NCBI RefSeq assembly: GCF_022539665.2
Contig: NC_081333.1
Span: forward strand, 6,448,001-6,512,000
Direction: 5' to 3'
Length of the DNA: 64,000 nt
Origin: Daphnia carinata
Taxonomy: Eukaryota
The translations under genes were made by a program, and so were the position numbers. The notes beneath the pieces were generated by a model, which did not search any database, was not told the DNA's origin, and saw only the letters and a program-made list of their open reading frames with translations. The stretch's first letter is position 1. Every line of letters starts with the position of its first letter. Positions 38,507 through 49,487 of the stretch are shown here, piece after piece.

Positions 38507-39154
38507 CGGAGCACCTGTAAGGTCTCCAACACCACTTCAAAAATTCGCGACGCCGAGAAAATCAAGAGGGCGAAGAGGAGGGCCGAGGGTCTGGAGAGGC
38601 CGTGGACAGGTCCACAACAGCCGAGGCAATTTAGAAACACCCCGGAAGGACGGCGGCAAATTAGTATCTTCAACCGCCTTGCAGCAGCCGAACCCGAAAT
38701 CAGAGGAGCTGCCTCCATACTTCCAATTGCCATTCGTCACATGCCCTTGGCAACCATCAAGGAAGCTCTCGAGCCGAAATTTTGCGGGGACATCAGGTAC
38801 CGCCCAATAAACCAGGGGGAGGAGAAGGAGGAGGGAGCCGCAGCTGAACCAACTCCAAGTGGGTTGACCAGTTCCCAAACAATTGCAGCAAGAGCAATTC
38901 TTTTTCGCTTACGTGGGTGGCGACTCCCCACTTTTGTTAACCAGAGTGAGGAGCCCCAAGTCGGAGCAGAAGCCAGCGGAGGTGATCGACCAATCGAACC
39001 CCAAAAGGAGAATCCATTGGAAACTCCAATTAAAGATCCAACCCCAGTGTTGGAACCAATAAGATTAGTGGAGCGCGCAGCTGAAAAAGAAGAAGACATC
39101 CTGCAGATTGAAGCCGATCCAATGGACCTAATTGATCTCTACACCAAATTGTAA
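38507..39154 (+). CDS. Putative accessory ORF in the BEL leader, unknown product
   Basis: 648-nt stop-free frame (ATG at 38741 gives 137 aa) beginning right after a pyrimidine-AG acceptor-like site; GC-rich island in an AT-rich leader. Confidence 0.35.
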   Translation, partial: RSTCKVSNTTSKIRDAEKIKRAKRRAEGLERPWTGPQQPRQFRNTPEGRRQISIFNRLAAAEPEIRGAASILPIAIRHMPLATIKEALEPKFCGDIRYRPINQGEEKEEGAAAEPTPSGLTSSQTIAARAILFRLRGWRLPTFVNQSEEPQVGAEASGGDRPIEPQKENPLETPIKDPTPVLEPIRLVERAAEKEEDILQIEADPMDLIDLYTKL

Positions 39155-39349
39155 TTCCCCATGTTACAATAAAATAATTGATCACTAACCTTCCCTTTTC
39201 ACTTACTTTAGCTAGGAGAAAACGGTTCAACCGTACTCCACACAAAAAAAAAAAAAAAAAACTTTCTTACATTTTTTTTTTGGAGTTGGGCTAAAAACCT
39301 AAACTCCCACTAATCTTTCCTTTTTTTCTTCTTTTCTTCTTCCTTTAGA

Positions 39350-39870
39350 AAACTAGCGCCATCTAGCGCTCAAAATTACAAACCTTAACTCTCTAATTTT
39401 TCAAAAAAAAAACTTATTTCTTTTCAGAACTGCAAGCTTACGCCATCTGGCGGTCGTAAGCAAACTAAAAATCCAAAAAATTCAAAAAATTTCAAAGTTC
39501 TTTTCTCTTTTTCTTAAAAACTGAACGCTCGAGCCATCTAGCGGTCAAATTAAGAAACTTCTCGCCAGAAATTCAAAAATACAAAAATTCTTTACTTTTT
39601 TCTCAAAAACTGAAGGCCTGCTTCATCTAGCGGTCAAATTAAGAGACCTTTCTGTTGCTTTCAATTTTCTTGATTTTCGTTCAAAAACTGGAGGCCCGCT
39701 CCATCTAGCGGTCAGAAAAACAGACCTCCCTATTATTTTCATTTTTTTCGATTTTGTTCAGAAACTGAACACAAACACCATCTGGCGGTCAAAAACCAAA
39801 GGATGGTAAAACTTTTCTATTTCTTCTCATTTCTTCTAAACTGAAAGCTTATGCAGCCTAACGGCCAAAT
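39350..39870 (-). promoter_or_regulatory. Tandem array of CTCF-like motifs (candidate insulator)
   Basis: Six (C/T)CATCTRGCG cores (minus strand CCGCYAGATGG) plus a degenerate seventh, 77-91 bp apart, with A/T-rich spacers. Confidence 0.55.
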
Positions 39871-40313
39871 AAGCAACCTTATTTTCCAACTCATCGGAAA
39901 ATAGTCCTTTCCCACTCCTACCCATTGAGCATCGTGCTAGCAACTAATCAAATCTTGACATTTTTATTTTTTTTACTGACAACAAGGTCGGTTTATTCGC
40001 TCGAAGTTACCGAAAGCTAACTAAGAGCAACAAATTTAAGCTTCCACTTTTCAAAAGATTGTGTCACATAGCAAGGAGGAGAAACCTCAACCAGTGGAGT
40101 TCAAAAAATACGCCCACTGATTGGAGCACTGCGTCAGCGCTGCTCCCTTTCCATTTCACGCACAATTTAGTGGAAGCACTAAAAGTAAAACTTTTTTTCC
40201 AAGTTTTCCTTTTTTCTTTTTTTTTTTCCTCACTCCTTCAAGGGAAATCCAGGAGTGAACCCCGCTGAGGATTGTAAAGAAGAATCAACTTTCCAATTCC
40301 AGCAAAACAAAAA

Positions 40314-43300
40314 ATGTCACGATCAGTTGCAGCAACACGAGCGGGCCTGAAAGGCCACCTTACGAGGACAATGGAGAAGATCAAGGGATACAAGGATCTC
40401 ACGATGACGGCGGAACTGGATAACGATATTGCCACGGATACAGAACTCCTGAAGCAACGTTACCAGAAATTTATTAAAGCAAGTGACCAAGTACGCTGGG
40501 CCTTGCAGAATACGAACGCTACCGAGGAGCAAATCGAGCAAGATTACTCCACAGTAGCTGAAGTAGAAGAAGAAATGAGCAGTATACTCGCCTTCGTTAA
40601 AAACAAACGAGACGAGTACAAAAGACAACAAGACCTGGAATTTCAAGAGCTGCAGAGAAAAGAACAGCGCCAAATTGAGGAGGACAGAAACCGATTGCTT
40701 CAAGACCTGCTTACTCAACAGCAGCAGCTCTTCGCAACCCAAATCCTCCAACAACAGCAAGCCCACGCCTTACAAATTCAACAACTTATGGCGCAAAACC
40801 AAGCACCAGCTCAAGTAGCAGCAGCAGCAGCTCCAATTCAACAAGCAACACGTCTTCCCCAAAGACAAATCAAGCACTTTAAAGGAGATATTCTTGAGTG
40901 GACATCATTCTGGGAGAGCTTTAATGCCTCCATTCACTCGTCTACAATGTCGGATGTCCAAAAATTCGACTACTTAAAAGAATATCTAAAAGGGGAAGCG
41001 TACTTGTGCGTTGAAAATCTGGAACTCACCGCAGCAAACTACAACATTGCCATAGCAGAGCTAAAAAGAGTCTACGCTAAACCAAAGGCTCTTATTCAAA
41101 CTCATTTATGCAAGTTTGACAACCTAGCTCCTGTCAAGACAATGGCAGACGTATCGGCGCTGAGAAAATTGCAGCTCACAGTCCAGTCTCATATTAATGC
41201 CTTGGAAACCCTCGGGGTTCGAAAAGAATCATTTGGAGGACTCCTTGGCACAAAACTAATGAAATTGCTTCCTGCAGAATTGCAGAAAGAGTGGTCGAGC
41301 TCTGAAGAAAACGACATCACAGACATCGCATCCCTACTGAATTTCATCAGGGATGAAGTTGACGCAGCGGAGAGGTACAGCCGATGGAAATCGGAAACCA
41401 CAAAAACGCCACAACAGTCAACATCGCCAAGTCCAGCGAAACCAATACACGCTGCCACAGCATCACAGCTGGCGATTGGAGCCAGATCACAACCAGCTCC
41501 ACACACCAGCAAAAACTCCAGACAATTTGTGCCACCGTCAAACACACCTTTTAGGAGACAGGACAATTTTATCATGCGAGAATGCACAAGACCATGCATT
41601 TTCTGCGGGGAAGTTCACTACCCCACGGTTTGTCCAGTGAACCTAAAAGAAAAAAAGGCCATCATCGCTAAGCTGAAAAGGTGCGTCAGATGCTTCAGTG
41701 CAAACCACGAAACTCTGAACTGCACCACAAACTACACTTGCAAACATTGCCAAGCCATTCATCACACGGCACGTCTCTGCGACAAAAAGCAGACACGTTT
41801 TGCGCACCAAACTGTTAATGGCAACAGCGCCATCACAAATGTTACGGCGTCTGCTGCAAGCGCAAACACCCCAGGCAATCTCGTGGTGAAGACAGCTACA
41901 GTAAATGTAGTAGGCCCAAATGGCAAACAAACAAGAGCCATTTTATTTATAGACGACGGCAGCCATAGATCTTGGGTCACAAGATCTATTTCAAAATTGT
42001 TGGATCTCAAAGTGGTGGCAGTGGAAAACATCGGTACCAGAGTTTTCAAGCAACGAAAACCCAATCCAGTGGAGAAGACAAATTCAGTCGAGCTGACATT
42101 TAGGGGCACTTGGCAGGGTGCCCCACTCGTCAAAATTACAGCACTAGAAACGGACTACATTGGAGACACTGGTCCATATGCCCACACAACATTCGCACAA
42201 AAATTGTGGCTGGACAACGAAAGAATGGCTGACGACAGGTTCGAGACAAACAGCCAGGAAAAAGATGTCGGGATTTTAATAGGAGTCGACCAGATGTTTG
42301 AAATCATCCCTAACGAAGCAGCTATCCAAAGCCCGTGTGGCCTAAGGGCCTACAACACAAAGCTTGGGCGGATGATAGTTGGACCTTCTAAAGAAAAAAA
42401 TTCGAAAAAAGGCAAAGCATTGATCCAGCAAATGCTGCAATGCAGTAGTTTCTCAGCCCAATCAGTAGCTTCATATGCAGCCGGCTGCCTTAATTCAAAC
42501 TACACTTTTACAACTCTTCCAGAAGAAAAGGAGAAAACGCCGGATGTAAAGGAGAAAAAGGAATCTTCATCTCCCCACCCGACCTCTATAGAAGAAATTT
42601 CCATAGAGAACTCCATTATTAAAAAAGAAAAAAAGAAGATTGTAAAAGAAGAATTAAAGCGGCAGACGGACTTTGACCTATCCTTGTTTTGGAAGCTAGA
42701 ACACTTTGCCATTTTAGACGATTGTGATGCAGTGGAGCCAGACGATCCTCTAGGCTCCTTTGGAGACAAAATCACCCGTCAAGAAGATGGGCGATACTGC
42801 ACCCCAATCCCATGGAAAACGGATAAGTGGAGGTTGGAGAAAAATTTCCTGATGGCTAAAGGAAGACTGGAGAGTCTTTTAAACAGACTCAAGAAAACGC
42901 CAGCGCTTCTATCGGCTTACCACCAGGAGATCGAGCAACTCAGAGTCCAAAACTTCGTAGAAAAGGCAGACCTAAACTACGATGGACTCCACACTTATCT
43001 GCCACATCATCCTGTCATCCGACAGGATAAAACAACCACGAAAATCCGACCGGTCTTTGATGGAGCGGCTAAGTCCAAATTTGGACCAAGCCTCAACGAC
43101 GTCCTAGAAACCGGTCCGAACCTGAATCCTGACCTGCTAGCCGTTCTAATGCGATTCCGATTAAATCGGATCGCATGGATAGCAGATATTGAAAAAGCTT
43201 TTTTAAACATCGCCCTGCATCCTGAAGACTCAGAAGCAGTACGATTCCTGTGGGTAACGGAACCAGAAACATCTGGCTCCCCTTTAGTTGCTTACAAATG

Positions 43301-46300
43301 GAAGCGAGTTCCATTTGGACTCAGTTCCAGCCCATTCTTGCTTAGAGTTACCCTCAACAAGCATTTGGATGGAATGGAGCCACTGTACTCCACTACAGTA
43401 AAACAGCTAAAAGAGCAAATTTACGTCGACGACTACCTAGGTGGCGCCGACAGCATTCCCACAGCCAAAAACAGGATTCAGGAAACAAAGGCCATCTTCC
43501 AGGAGGCTAAACTCAACATGCGAAGCTGGGTGACAAACGACAAAACACTTCGCAAATTTCTCAGTGAGAAGGGGCTTATCAACCCCATTGTCAAAATCTT
43601 CACTCAGAAACTGGAAGAGGGCCAACCAAAGGTCCTAGGCATTCGGTGGGACACCGAATCTGACACATTCCAATTCGACCCCGCGCCTATCATTGAAGCC
43701 GCTACAGAATTGGGAGACCTTGTCACCAAAAGAAATATCCTACGGATATCTGCAAGAGTGTTTGATCCCATTGGGTTCTTAGCACCCACTACACTCCTGC
43801 TAAAAATCATCTACCAGAAGCTTTGGGAAGCAGAAATTGACTGGGACGTCGAAGCGCCGCCGGAAATTAGACAAACATGGATAGCTGCTATGACTGGGTT
43901 GAACGAGTTCGCCAAATTGAAAATCCCTCGCTGGATAGGCCACTCGAAAAGGGTCATACAATCAGCAGAAATTCACGTCTTCGGTGATGCTTCTGAGGCG
44001 GCGTATGGAACCGTTGCTTATGCAAGGCTCCGAACAAAAAACAACGAAACCAGCATTCACTTTCTAGCCAGTAAAACAAAAGTGGCCCCGCTCCCAAAGA
44101 AAAAAGTTACCCTACCTCGACTGGAGTTATTAGGCTCGCTTCTAGCCGCAAGGCTAGGAGATAAACTGAAAAATTTTCTCCACACAGAATCATGGCGAAC
44201 CATATTTTGGGCAGACTCTTTGGTAGCACTTGGATGGATCAGAGGGGATCCTAACAGATGGAAACCATTTGTTAGGAACCAAGTGGAAGCTATCAAAAAA
44301 CTGTCTGGAGTAAGTTGGTGGCGGCACTGCCCGGGCATACACAATCCTGCGGATCTTGCCTCGCGGGGAGCGCCAGCGTCAGCGCTGGTACACTCGGAGC
44401 TATGGTGGAATGGTCCACCATGGCTAAAGGAAGAAACAGAATGGCCGGATTCAACACCCGATGCAGGAGAAACAAGCATCCACGAAAAGATCGAAGCGGA
44501 AGCCAAAGGAAAAACCGTCATGATGTCGGTGGCTACCGTGGAACCAGCTACCCCAATGGAATGGCAGCTGGAACGAATTCCATCATGGAATCGACTACTT
44601 CGACGAACCGCCTGGATGCTTAGGTTCCTCTACAAGAATCGCCCCATCAACAGAACGCAAATCAAAACTCCAATCAAGATAGGAGACGAAAAGGAGATAC
44701 TGGTAGACCATCTGACAGTAGAGGAACTGACGAAGGCGGAGCTACTGATCTACAGGCAGCTCCAAAAAGAAGCATTTCCAAAGACGTTCCAAGACCTACA
44801 AGAGGGAAGGCAACTACACCACAAGGAGAAAATTGCCAAACTCCGACCCGTGTGGGATGAAAGAGACAAGCTGATCAGAGTGACCGGAAGGGTCGAATTG
44901 GCACTCAGAGACAGGGACATTGAACCTGCCATACTGCTGCCCACTCACCACCCAGTTGTCAAATTGCTCATCGCAGACAGGCACGTCTCACTTAAACACG
45001 TCGGAGTGAAAACTACCCTCTCCGATCTAAGGGAACGTTTTTGGATTATCAAAGGGCGTCAGCAGACCAAATCTGTTTGGCATGCCTGCGTCAAGTGCCA
45101 ACGGCTAACTTCACCACCATTTACTGAAGTAGCTGCACCTCTACCACTGAATCGCTTGAAACAAGCGAAAGCCTTCGAAATCACGGGTGTGGATTTCGCA
45201 GGGCCATTGTATTACAAACACCCAATATCACGTAAGAAACGCAAGCAAGCGGAACTTACGACCTCCGTGGATCCCCCACAAACGGATGATCCAAGTGTGG
45301 AGACTCCAGCCGAGCCTCCAGCCATGGAACAAACGGAGGAAAAAGAAAACCTCCAACCGGACGACTCAGGCAAGAAGAAAAAGGGTACAATCAAGCAACC
45401 CAAAAGTTATGCCTGCTTATTCACCTGTGCGGTGACTAGGGCCGTCCACCTGGAGTTGACTAAAACCATGTCAGCACGTGACTTTCTCCTAGCCTTCAGA
45501 AGATTTTCAGCTAGGAGAGGTAACGTGTCTGTCATGTATTCGGATAACGCACAAACATTTAGGTGCGTTTCCAAACACTTAAAGGTCTTGAGATCCGATC
45601 CAGCGATCCATGACCTTTTAGCCATGCGAAAAACCGAGTGGATCTTCTCCGCCAGCCTAGCCCCATGGTGGGGAGGCTTCTGGGAACGCATGGTTAGGAC
45701 AATGAAAGACCTACTACGGCGTTCCAATGGCCGTGCGTGTCTAGAATACGACGAGCTGGAAGTCAGTTTGATCGAGACAGAAAGCGTAGTGAACGCAAGG
45801 CCACTCACCTACGTGGCAGAGGGGAGTGATGATCCACTTCCCATCACTCCGAACCAATTTCTGAACAACAGACGATCTAATTGCACTCCGCCGGAGCCAG
45901 CAATTAACCTACTGACTCCCGACCCAACCAACGCACGACTCATTGAAATGGATCGCCTACGCAGAGACTACGTCAAGGACACTTGCGAGCGATTCGTGAA
46001 TGACTACTTGCTCCAAGTAGACAATTTTCACTGCAAAGGAGGGCCTGGACGCAAGATCCGAGTAGGCGAAGTTGTCATCATCCACGATGACAACACGAAG
46101 CGACTTATGTGGACAGTCGGTGTAGTGAAGGAGCTCATTTCCAGCCGAGACGGGCTGATTCGATCGGTAACGGTCAAGACCCCTAACGGGAACTTGATTA
46201 ACCGAGCGATTCAGTCCCTACACCCCCTGGAATTACGCGAGGACCAGCCCGACGACGTTGAAATACTACCCGCGCCGGAAATGGAGCCGGAAGAAGACAC

Positions 46301-46586
46301 AACTCCATCCGTGTCAGCCGCCAGCCCGGTCGAAGAGAGCGAGCCGTGGAGCACGGGCTCTGGTGGGGAGTGTGTTGGGAATATATTAGATCCCCAACAG
46401 CAGACGACGCGGTCTGGACGCCGCACGAGGCTGCCCAGCCGTTTTAGCGCTTTTGAATTGGGTGGCCCTCGAGAGAGGGCCACCATTGTACATTTTCTTG
46501 TATGTAAGCCCCGCCCTAGGCCTATTGGCCGTCTCGGAAGAGAGGGCAAGGGGCAGTCAGTCGCGAAATACATCTCCTACAGCTAA
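40314..46586 (+). CDS. BEL/Pao gag-pol polyprotein (2090 aa)
   Basis: FKGDILEWTSFWESF gag, three Cys/His knuckles, FIDDGS protease, ADIEKAF/YVDD RT, HVFGDAS..TLPRLEL RNase H/peptidase A17, NPADLASRG, GVDFAGP/YSDNA/APWWGGFWERMV integrase. Confidence 0.97.
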   Translation: MSRSVAATRAGLKGHLTRTMEKIKGYKDLTMTAELDNDIATDTELLKQRYQKFIKASDQVRWALQNTNATEEQIEQDYSTVAEVEEEMSSILAFVKNKRDEYKRQQDLEFQELQRKEQRQIEEDRNRLLQDLLTQQQQLFATQILQQQQAHALQIQQLMAQNQAPAQVAAAAAPIQQATRLPQRQIKHFKGDILEWTSFWESFNASIHSSTMSDVQKFDYLKEYLKGEAYLCVENLELTAANYNIAIAELKRVYAKPKALIQTHLCKFDNLAPVKTMADVSALRKLQLTVQSHINALETLGVRKESFGGLLGTKLMKLLPAELQKEWSSSEENDITDIASLLNFIRDEVDAAERYSRWKSETTKTPQQSTSPSPAKPIHAATASQLAIGARSQPAPHTSKNSRQFVPPSNTPFRRQDNFIMRECTRPCIFCGEVHYPTVCPVNLKEKKAIIAKLKRCVRCFSANHETLNCTTNYTCKHCQAIHHTARLCDKKQTRFAHQTVNGNSAITNVTASAASANTPGNLVVKTATVNVVGPNGKQTRAILFIDDGSHRSWVTRSISKLLDLKVVAVENIGTRVFKQRKPNPVEKTNSVELTFRGTWQGAPLVKITALETDYIGDTGPYAHTTFAQKLWLDNERMADDRFETNSQEKDVGILIGVDQMFEIIPNEAAIQSPCGLRAYNTKLGRMIVGPSKEKNSKKGKALIQQMLQCSSFSAQSVASYAAGCLNSNYTFTTLPEEKEKTPDVKEKKESSSPHPTSIEEISIENSIIKKEKKKIVKEELKRQTDFDLSLFWKLEHFAILDDCDAVEPDDPLGSFGDKITRQEDGRYCTPIPWKTDKWRLEKNFLMAKGRLESLLNRLKKTPALLSAYHQEIEQLRVQNFVEKADLNYDGLHTYLPHHPVIRQDKTTTKIRPVFDGAAKSKFGPSLNDVLETGPNLNPDLLAVLMRFRLNRIAWIADIEKAFLNIALHPEDSEAVRFLWVTEPETSGSPLVAYKWKRVPFGLSSSPFLLRVTLNKHLDGMEPLYSTTVKQLKEQIYVDDYLGGADSIPTAKNRIQETKAIFQEAKLNMRSWVTNDKTLRKFLSEKGLINPIVKIFTQKLEEGQPKVLGIRWDTESDTFQFDPAPIIEAATELGDLVTKRNILRISARVFDPIGFLAPTTLLLKIIYQKLWEAEIDWDVEAPPEIRQTWIAAMTGLNEFAKLKIPRWIGHSKRVIQSAEIHVFGDASEAAYGTVAYARLRTKNNETSIHFLASKTKVAPLPKKKVTLPRLELLGSLLAARLGDKLKNFLHTESWRTIFWADSLVALGWIRGDPNRWKPFVRNQVEAIKKLSGVSWWRHCPGIHNPADLASRGAPASALVHSELWWNGPPWLKEETEWPDSTPDAGETSIHEKIEAEAKGKTVMMSVATVEPATPMEWQLERIPSWNRLLRRTAWMLRFLYKNRPINRTQIKTPIKIGDEKEILVDHLTVEELTKAELLIYRQLQKEAFPKTFQDLQEGRQLHHKEKIAKLRPVWDERDKLIRVTGRVELALRDRDIEPAILLPTHHPVVKLLIADRHVSLKHVGVKTTLSDLRERFWIIKGRQQTKSVWHACVKCQRLTSPPFTEVAAPLPLNRLKQAKAFEITGVDFAGPLYYKHPISRKKRKQAELTTSVDPPQTDDPSVETPAEPPAMEQTEEKENLQPDDSGKKKKGTIKQPKSYACLFTCAVTRAVHLELTKTMSARDFLLAFRRFSARRGNVSVMYSDNAQTFRCVSKHLKVLRSDPAIHDLLAMRKTEWIFSASLAPWWGGFWERMVRTMKDLLRRSNGRACLEYDELEVSLIETESVVNARPLTYVAEGSDDPLPITPNQFLNNRRSNCTPPEPAINLLTPDPTNARLIEMDRLRRDYVKDTCERFVNDYLLQVDNFHCKGGPGRKIRVGEVVIIHDDNTKRLMWTVGVVKELISSRDGLIRSVTVKTPNGNLINRAIQSLHPLELREDQPDDVEILPAPEMEPEEDTTPSVSAASPVEESEPWSTGSGGECVGNILDPQQQTTRSGRRTRLPSRFSAFELGGPRERATIVHFLVCKPRPRPIGRLGREGKGQSVAKYISYS

Positions 46587-46679
46587 CAACAAGTTCTCCA
46601 GTGCCTCCCGTGTTTAATCTACAACTTCTTCAATTTATTCAAAGGTAAAAGTCAGACACGGGCTGATTATTTCCCTTCA
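46373..46679 (+). repeat. BEL 3' LTR (overlaps the last 214 nt of the ORF)
   Basis: Preceded by GGTGGGGAG PPT, followed by TSD CTCAA. Confidence 0.96.
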
Positions 46680-46958
46680 CTCAAGGTGAGACGGGCAAAA
46701 CTTTCTCATCTGCCCTTTTGTGATAGCATGGTTTCGCTGGGGGTACGCCACACACCCATTTGTTGGCTGTTATGGAGGCTCGAACCGAAAACAATGGTAA
46801 GCTCATCACATAAATAACACATTGAGCTGGGTCGTAGCAGTCACTAATGCCAGTTAGTGGAATCCTATTGTTCGCAATCATATGGTGAAAATTGGTAGAA
46901 AGAGAGATGTTGGACAGAGCAGTGGGCACCTGCAGGTGGACAAACAATTTTGTAATAT

Positions 46959-47293
46959 TGTAACGCACAGCAAACGTCGACCTATGCAAACAACTACGGC
47001 AATGCGTAATAGGGAATATGACACTATGAGGTTATCTGTCAACCAAGGTAGTCATCGGAACTCGCACAACGCGCCTTATAGATGCAGACAAAAAGAGGCC
47101 ATACATCTGAATCGGAGTTATATTCTTCCGGATCAGTCCCAAGTGTTTCAGTCAAGCTTTTTTAGATTTTTGTATTAGAAAAGTTCTTTGATTCTCACTC
47201 TACTCTTAACCTTTGTTATACATTTTCATCAGTTTTATAGACTGTTTTCTCAATCTCTAAAATAAAAGGCCTTGACGGTGCTTCTTCGTTACA
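46959..47293 (+). mobile_element. Solo LTR
   Basis: TGTAACG...CGTTACA termini; 4-bp TSD ATAT on both sides; AATAAA near the 3' end. Confidence 0.82.
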
Positions 47294-49487
47294 ATATTAT
47301 CACGTCTTTTTTACGTTACTATGTGCGGTTGATTTTGCACGCTTTCAATACCAATTTTCAGAATGGCTCATTGAAGGAATGCCCTAATTTTTTTGCACTA
47401 GACGCCTGTAAAAACAAGTTTAACTCGCAAACAATCCGTGGCAAAAAACCACTTGTCATTATTTCGAAAATTGTACAAAATAATAATAATTTAAATTTGA
47501 ATAAAAATAGTTTGTTAGTCGAAATCGACTGCCAACGGTTTATCCTACATATTTGAATGCATAATTGGCAAATTGCCAAAGGGGGTTGCAAACCAAAAGA
47601 CTAACTCTTACAGCAAACATTTACGAAATAAAGGGAACCAGTTCAGCTCCATAAAAATTAATGTTAAGTACGCCATTGTCTTATAGTTTATTATCAACTT
47701 TACACTTTAATCCTGGTAGAACTTGCCAGAAGCAATACGACCGATAACTGTTACTAGCGGTTGAGGCGGCATTGAAACCACCACTACAACATGCCACCCC
47801 ATTTCTCCAGTAAAATCATCATAGAATCAATTCCCTCCAGGAAAGATATACATTTAAAATGTAAACAATTGACAAAATGTCTGACCCTTTGTATTATTTT
47901 TTACTGCTTACAATGAACGATGGCAAAAAAGAAAAAAATTGTGAACATTTTAATGAAATTGCACTATTGTATATAAACATGCACACAGAAGTGGGGTGAG
48001 CTCGAAACATTTAAATCGAAATCGTTTTGAAAGCTATGGCTCAAAATATTCGCTTAAAAGCTCAGTCGTCAGGGATAAAATAGCAGTGATGCAACACTAG
48101 CTCCTGGTGTACCAAAGGATGGTACGAACGGAAAAAAGGAGAAATTTCAGCTGCAAAACGAAATACCTGGACGAAGGGCATGACGCGGACCACTTCGGTG
48201 ACGAAGGTAAACCATCTTAGACATTACTTTGCCTTCGCCATAAAAACATTTGTGTTATAAAAGATGGGTGGTTTTTTTCCCCGCTTGTCACGACAAGTCA
48301 AATACCATTTTTTTATTTGCGCCTATGTTATGGCAATTGCACAAGAAAATCTGGTAGTTCAGTTAACCTTGGATAGAAGATAGTTCGGGTTTTTTTAAAT
48401 TACGAACGTACAAAGCTTGAGGATGGATCATACGAACTTGTAAGATAAAATTGCCGTACAAGTCTTTTTTAGTGTTAAAACTAGATACAGTAATTTAGAT
48501 TTTATTCACGCCCATTTAATGTAGAAAATACTCCTGGCACATCACCTCCCTGTTATTATGGGACAACTTTTTCTCGATTTGCGCTAATGTGGTACTTTTC
48601 ATCCCACCACAGATATTGAGAGAGCTCTAGAAAGTCAGTATACCATCCCTAAGTATGCCAGGCGATTGCTTTGGTTGAGCCACAACTTAAAAATAAACGC
48701 CGCTCCTGAATAAATTGCAAAACTCACTCAAAATGAACGTGAACGTTTCATTTACTAATCTATAAACTCAAGTATTACAGTTAGGTATACAATAAAACGA
48801 TGCTGAAAGCAGCTTGCGGATCTTCATAGTATCGCTCTCCAGACTTATACTGGAATTTCTTTGGCAAAAAGACGACCTACGCTGTACAGTAGCATCAAGT
48901 CACGCTGCTCTCGGAAACGAGCAGTTCACGTTAAATGTTGTTCGGGAGAGAAACACATAACTATATGCAGGATATCTTTCATATTATCAAGTCAGCAGTA
49001 CCTAGATGCCTAAAAGCTGAAACAGAGTGTGCTATTGTGCACAGAACAACAACTGCTGTACAAGAAAAAAGGAGCATTTCCATTTCCGAGCAAACCCACG
49101 ACAAACATCACAGCAAATATTGTTGCTTGAAAACACTTGAATATACACTTATGCGACAATTTCAAGATCCTAATAGCAACGATGGTTGCTACTTCACCGT
49201 TAGCAACAACTGCAATCCTCGACCAAAGCCAAAGACGAGCGGAAAGGATTTCAAGTTGACTTTTTTTTTACATTTAGCGGATTAGTTCAGAGGGAAAAAC
49301 AGACTGCAATCGATTTTTTAATTATATAGTATCCATTTCTATCAAACATGCTTCTCAGGTAAAACAGAGTACTTTGAATATTTCGAACCAGAATTTCGTA
49401 GTAGTTAGGAAACTGTCATGTTTTACAGCCAATCATTAGATTTATGACTAAGGAGACATCAGGGTTGAATCGATGCGGGTCGTAGCT

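Larger units (their letters stand above)
37460..46679 (+). mobile_element. Full-length, apparently intact BEL/Pao LTR retrotransposon
   Basis: 307-bp LTRs at 37460-37766 and 46373-46679 (2 mismatches seen); 5-bp TSD CTCAA; PBS TGGTCCTTCG; uninterrupted 2090-aa ORF. Confidence 0.97.

Noticed and set aside
40323..46573. Numerous antisense and overlapping short ORFs within the BEL ORF (likewise in Gypsy)
   Set aside because: Expected shadows of long coding frames; no motifs
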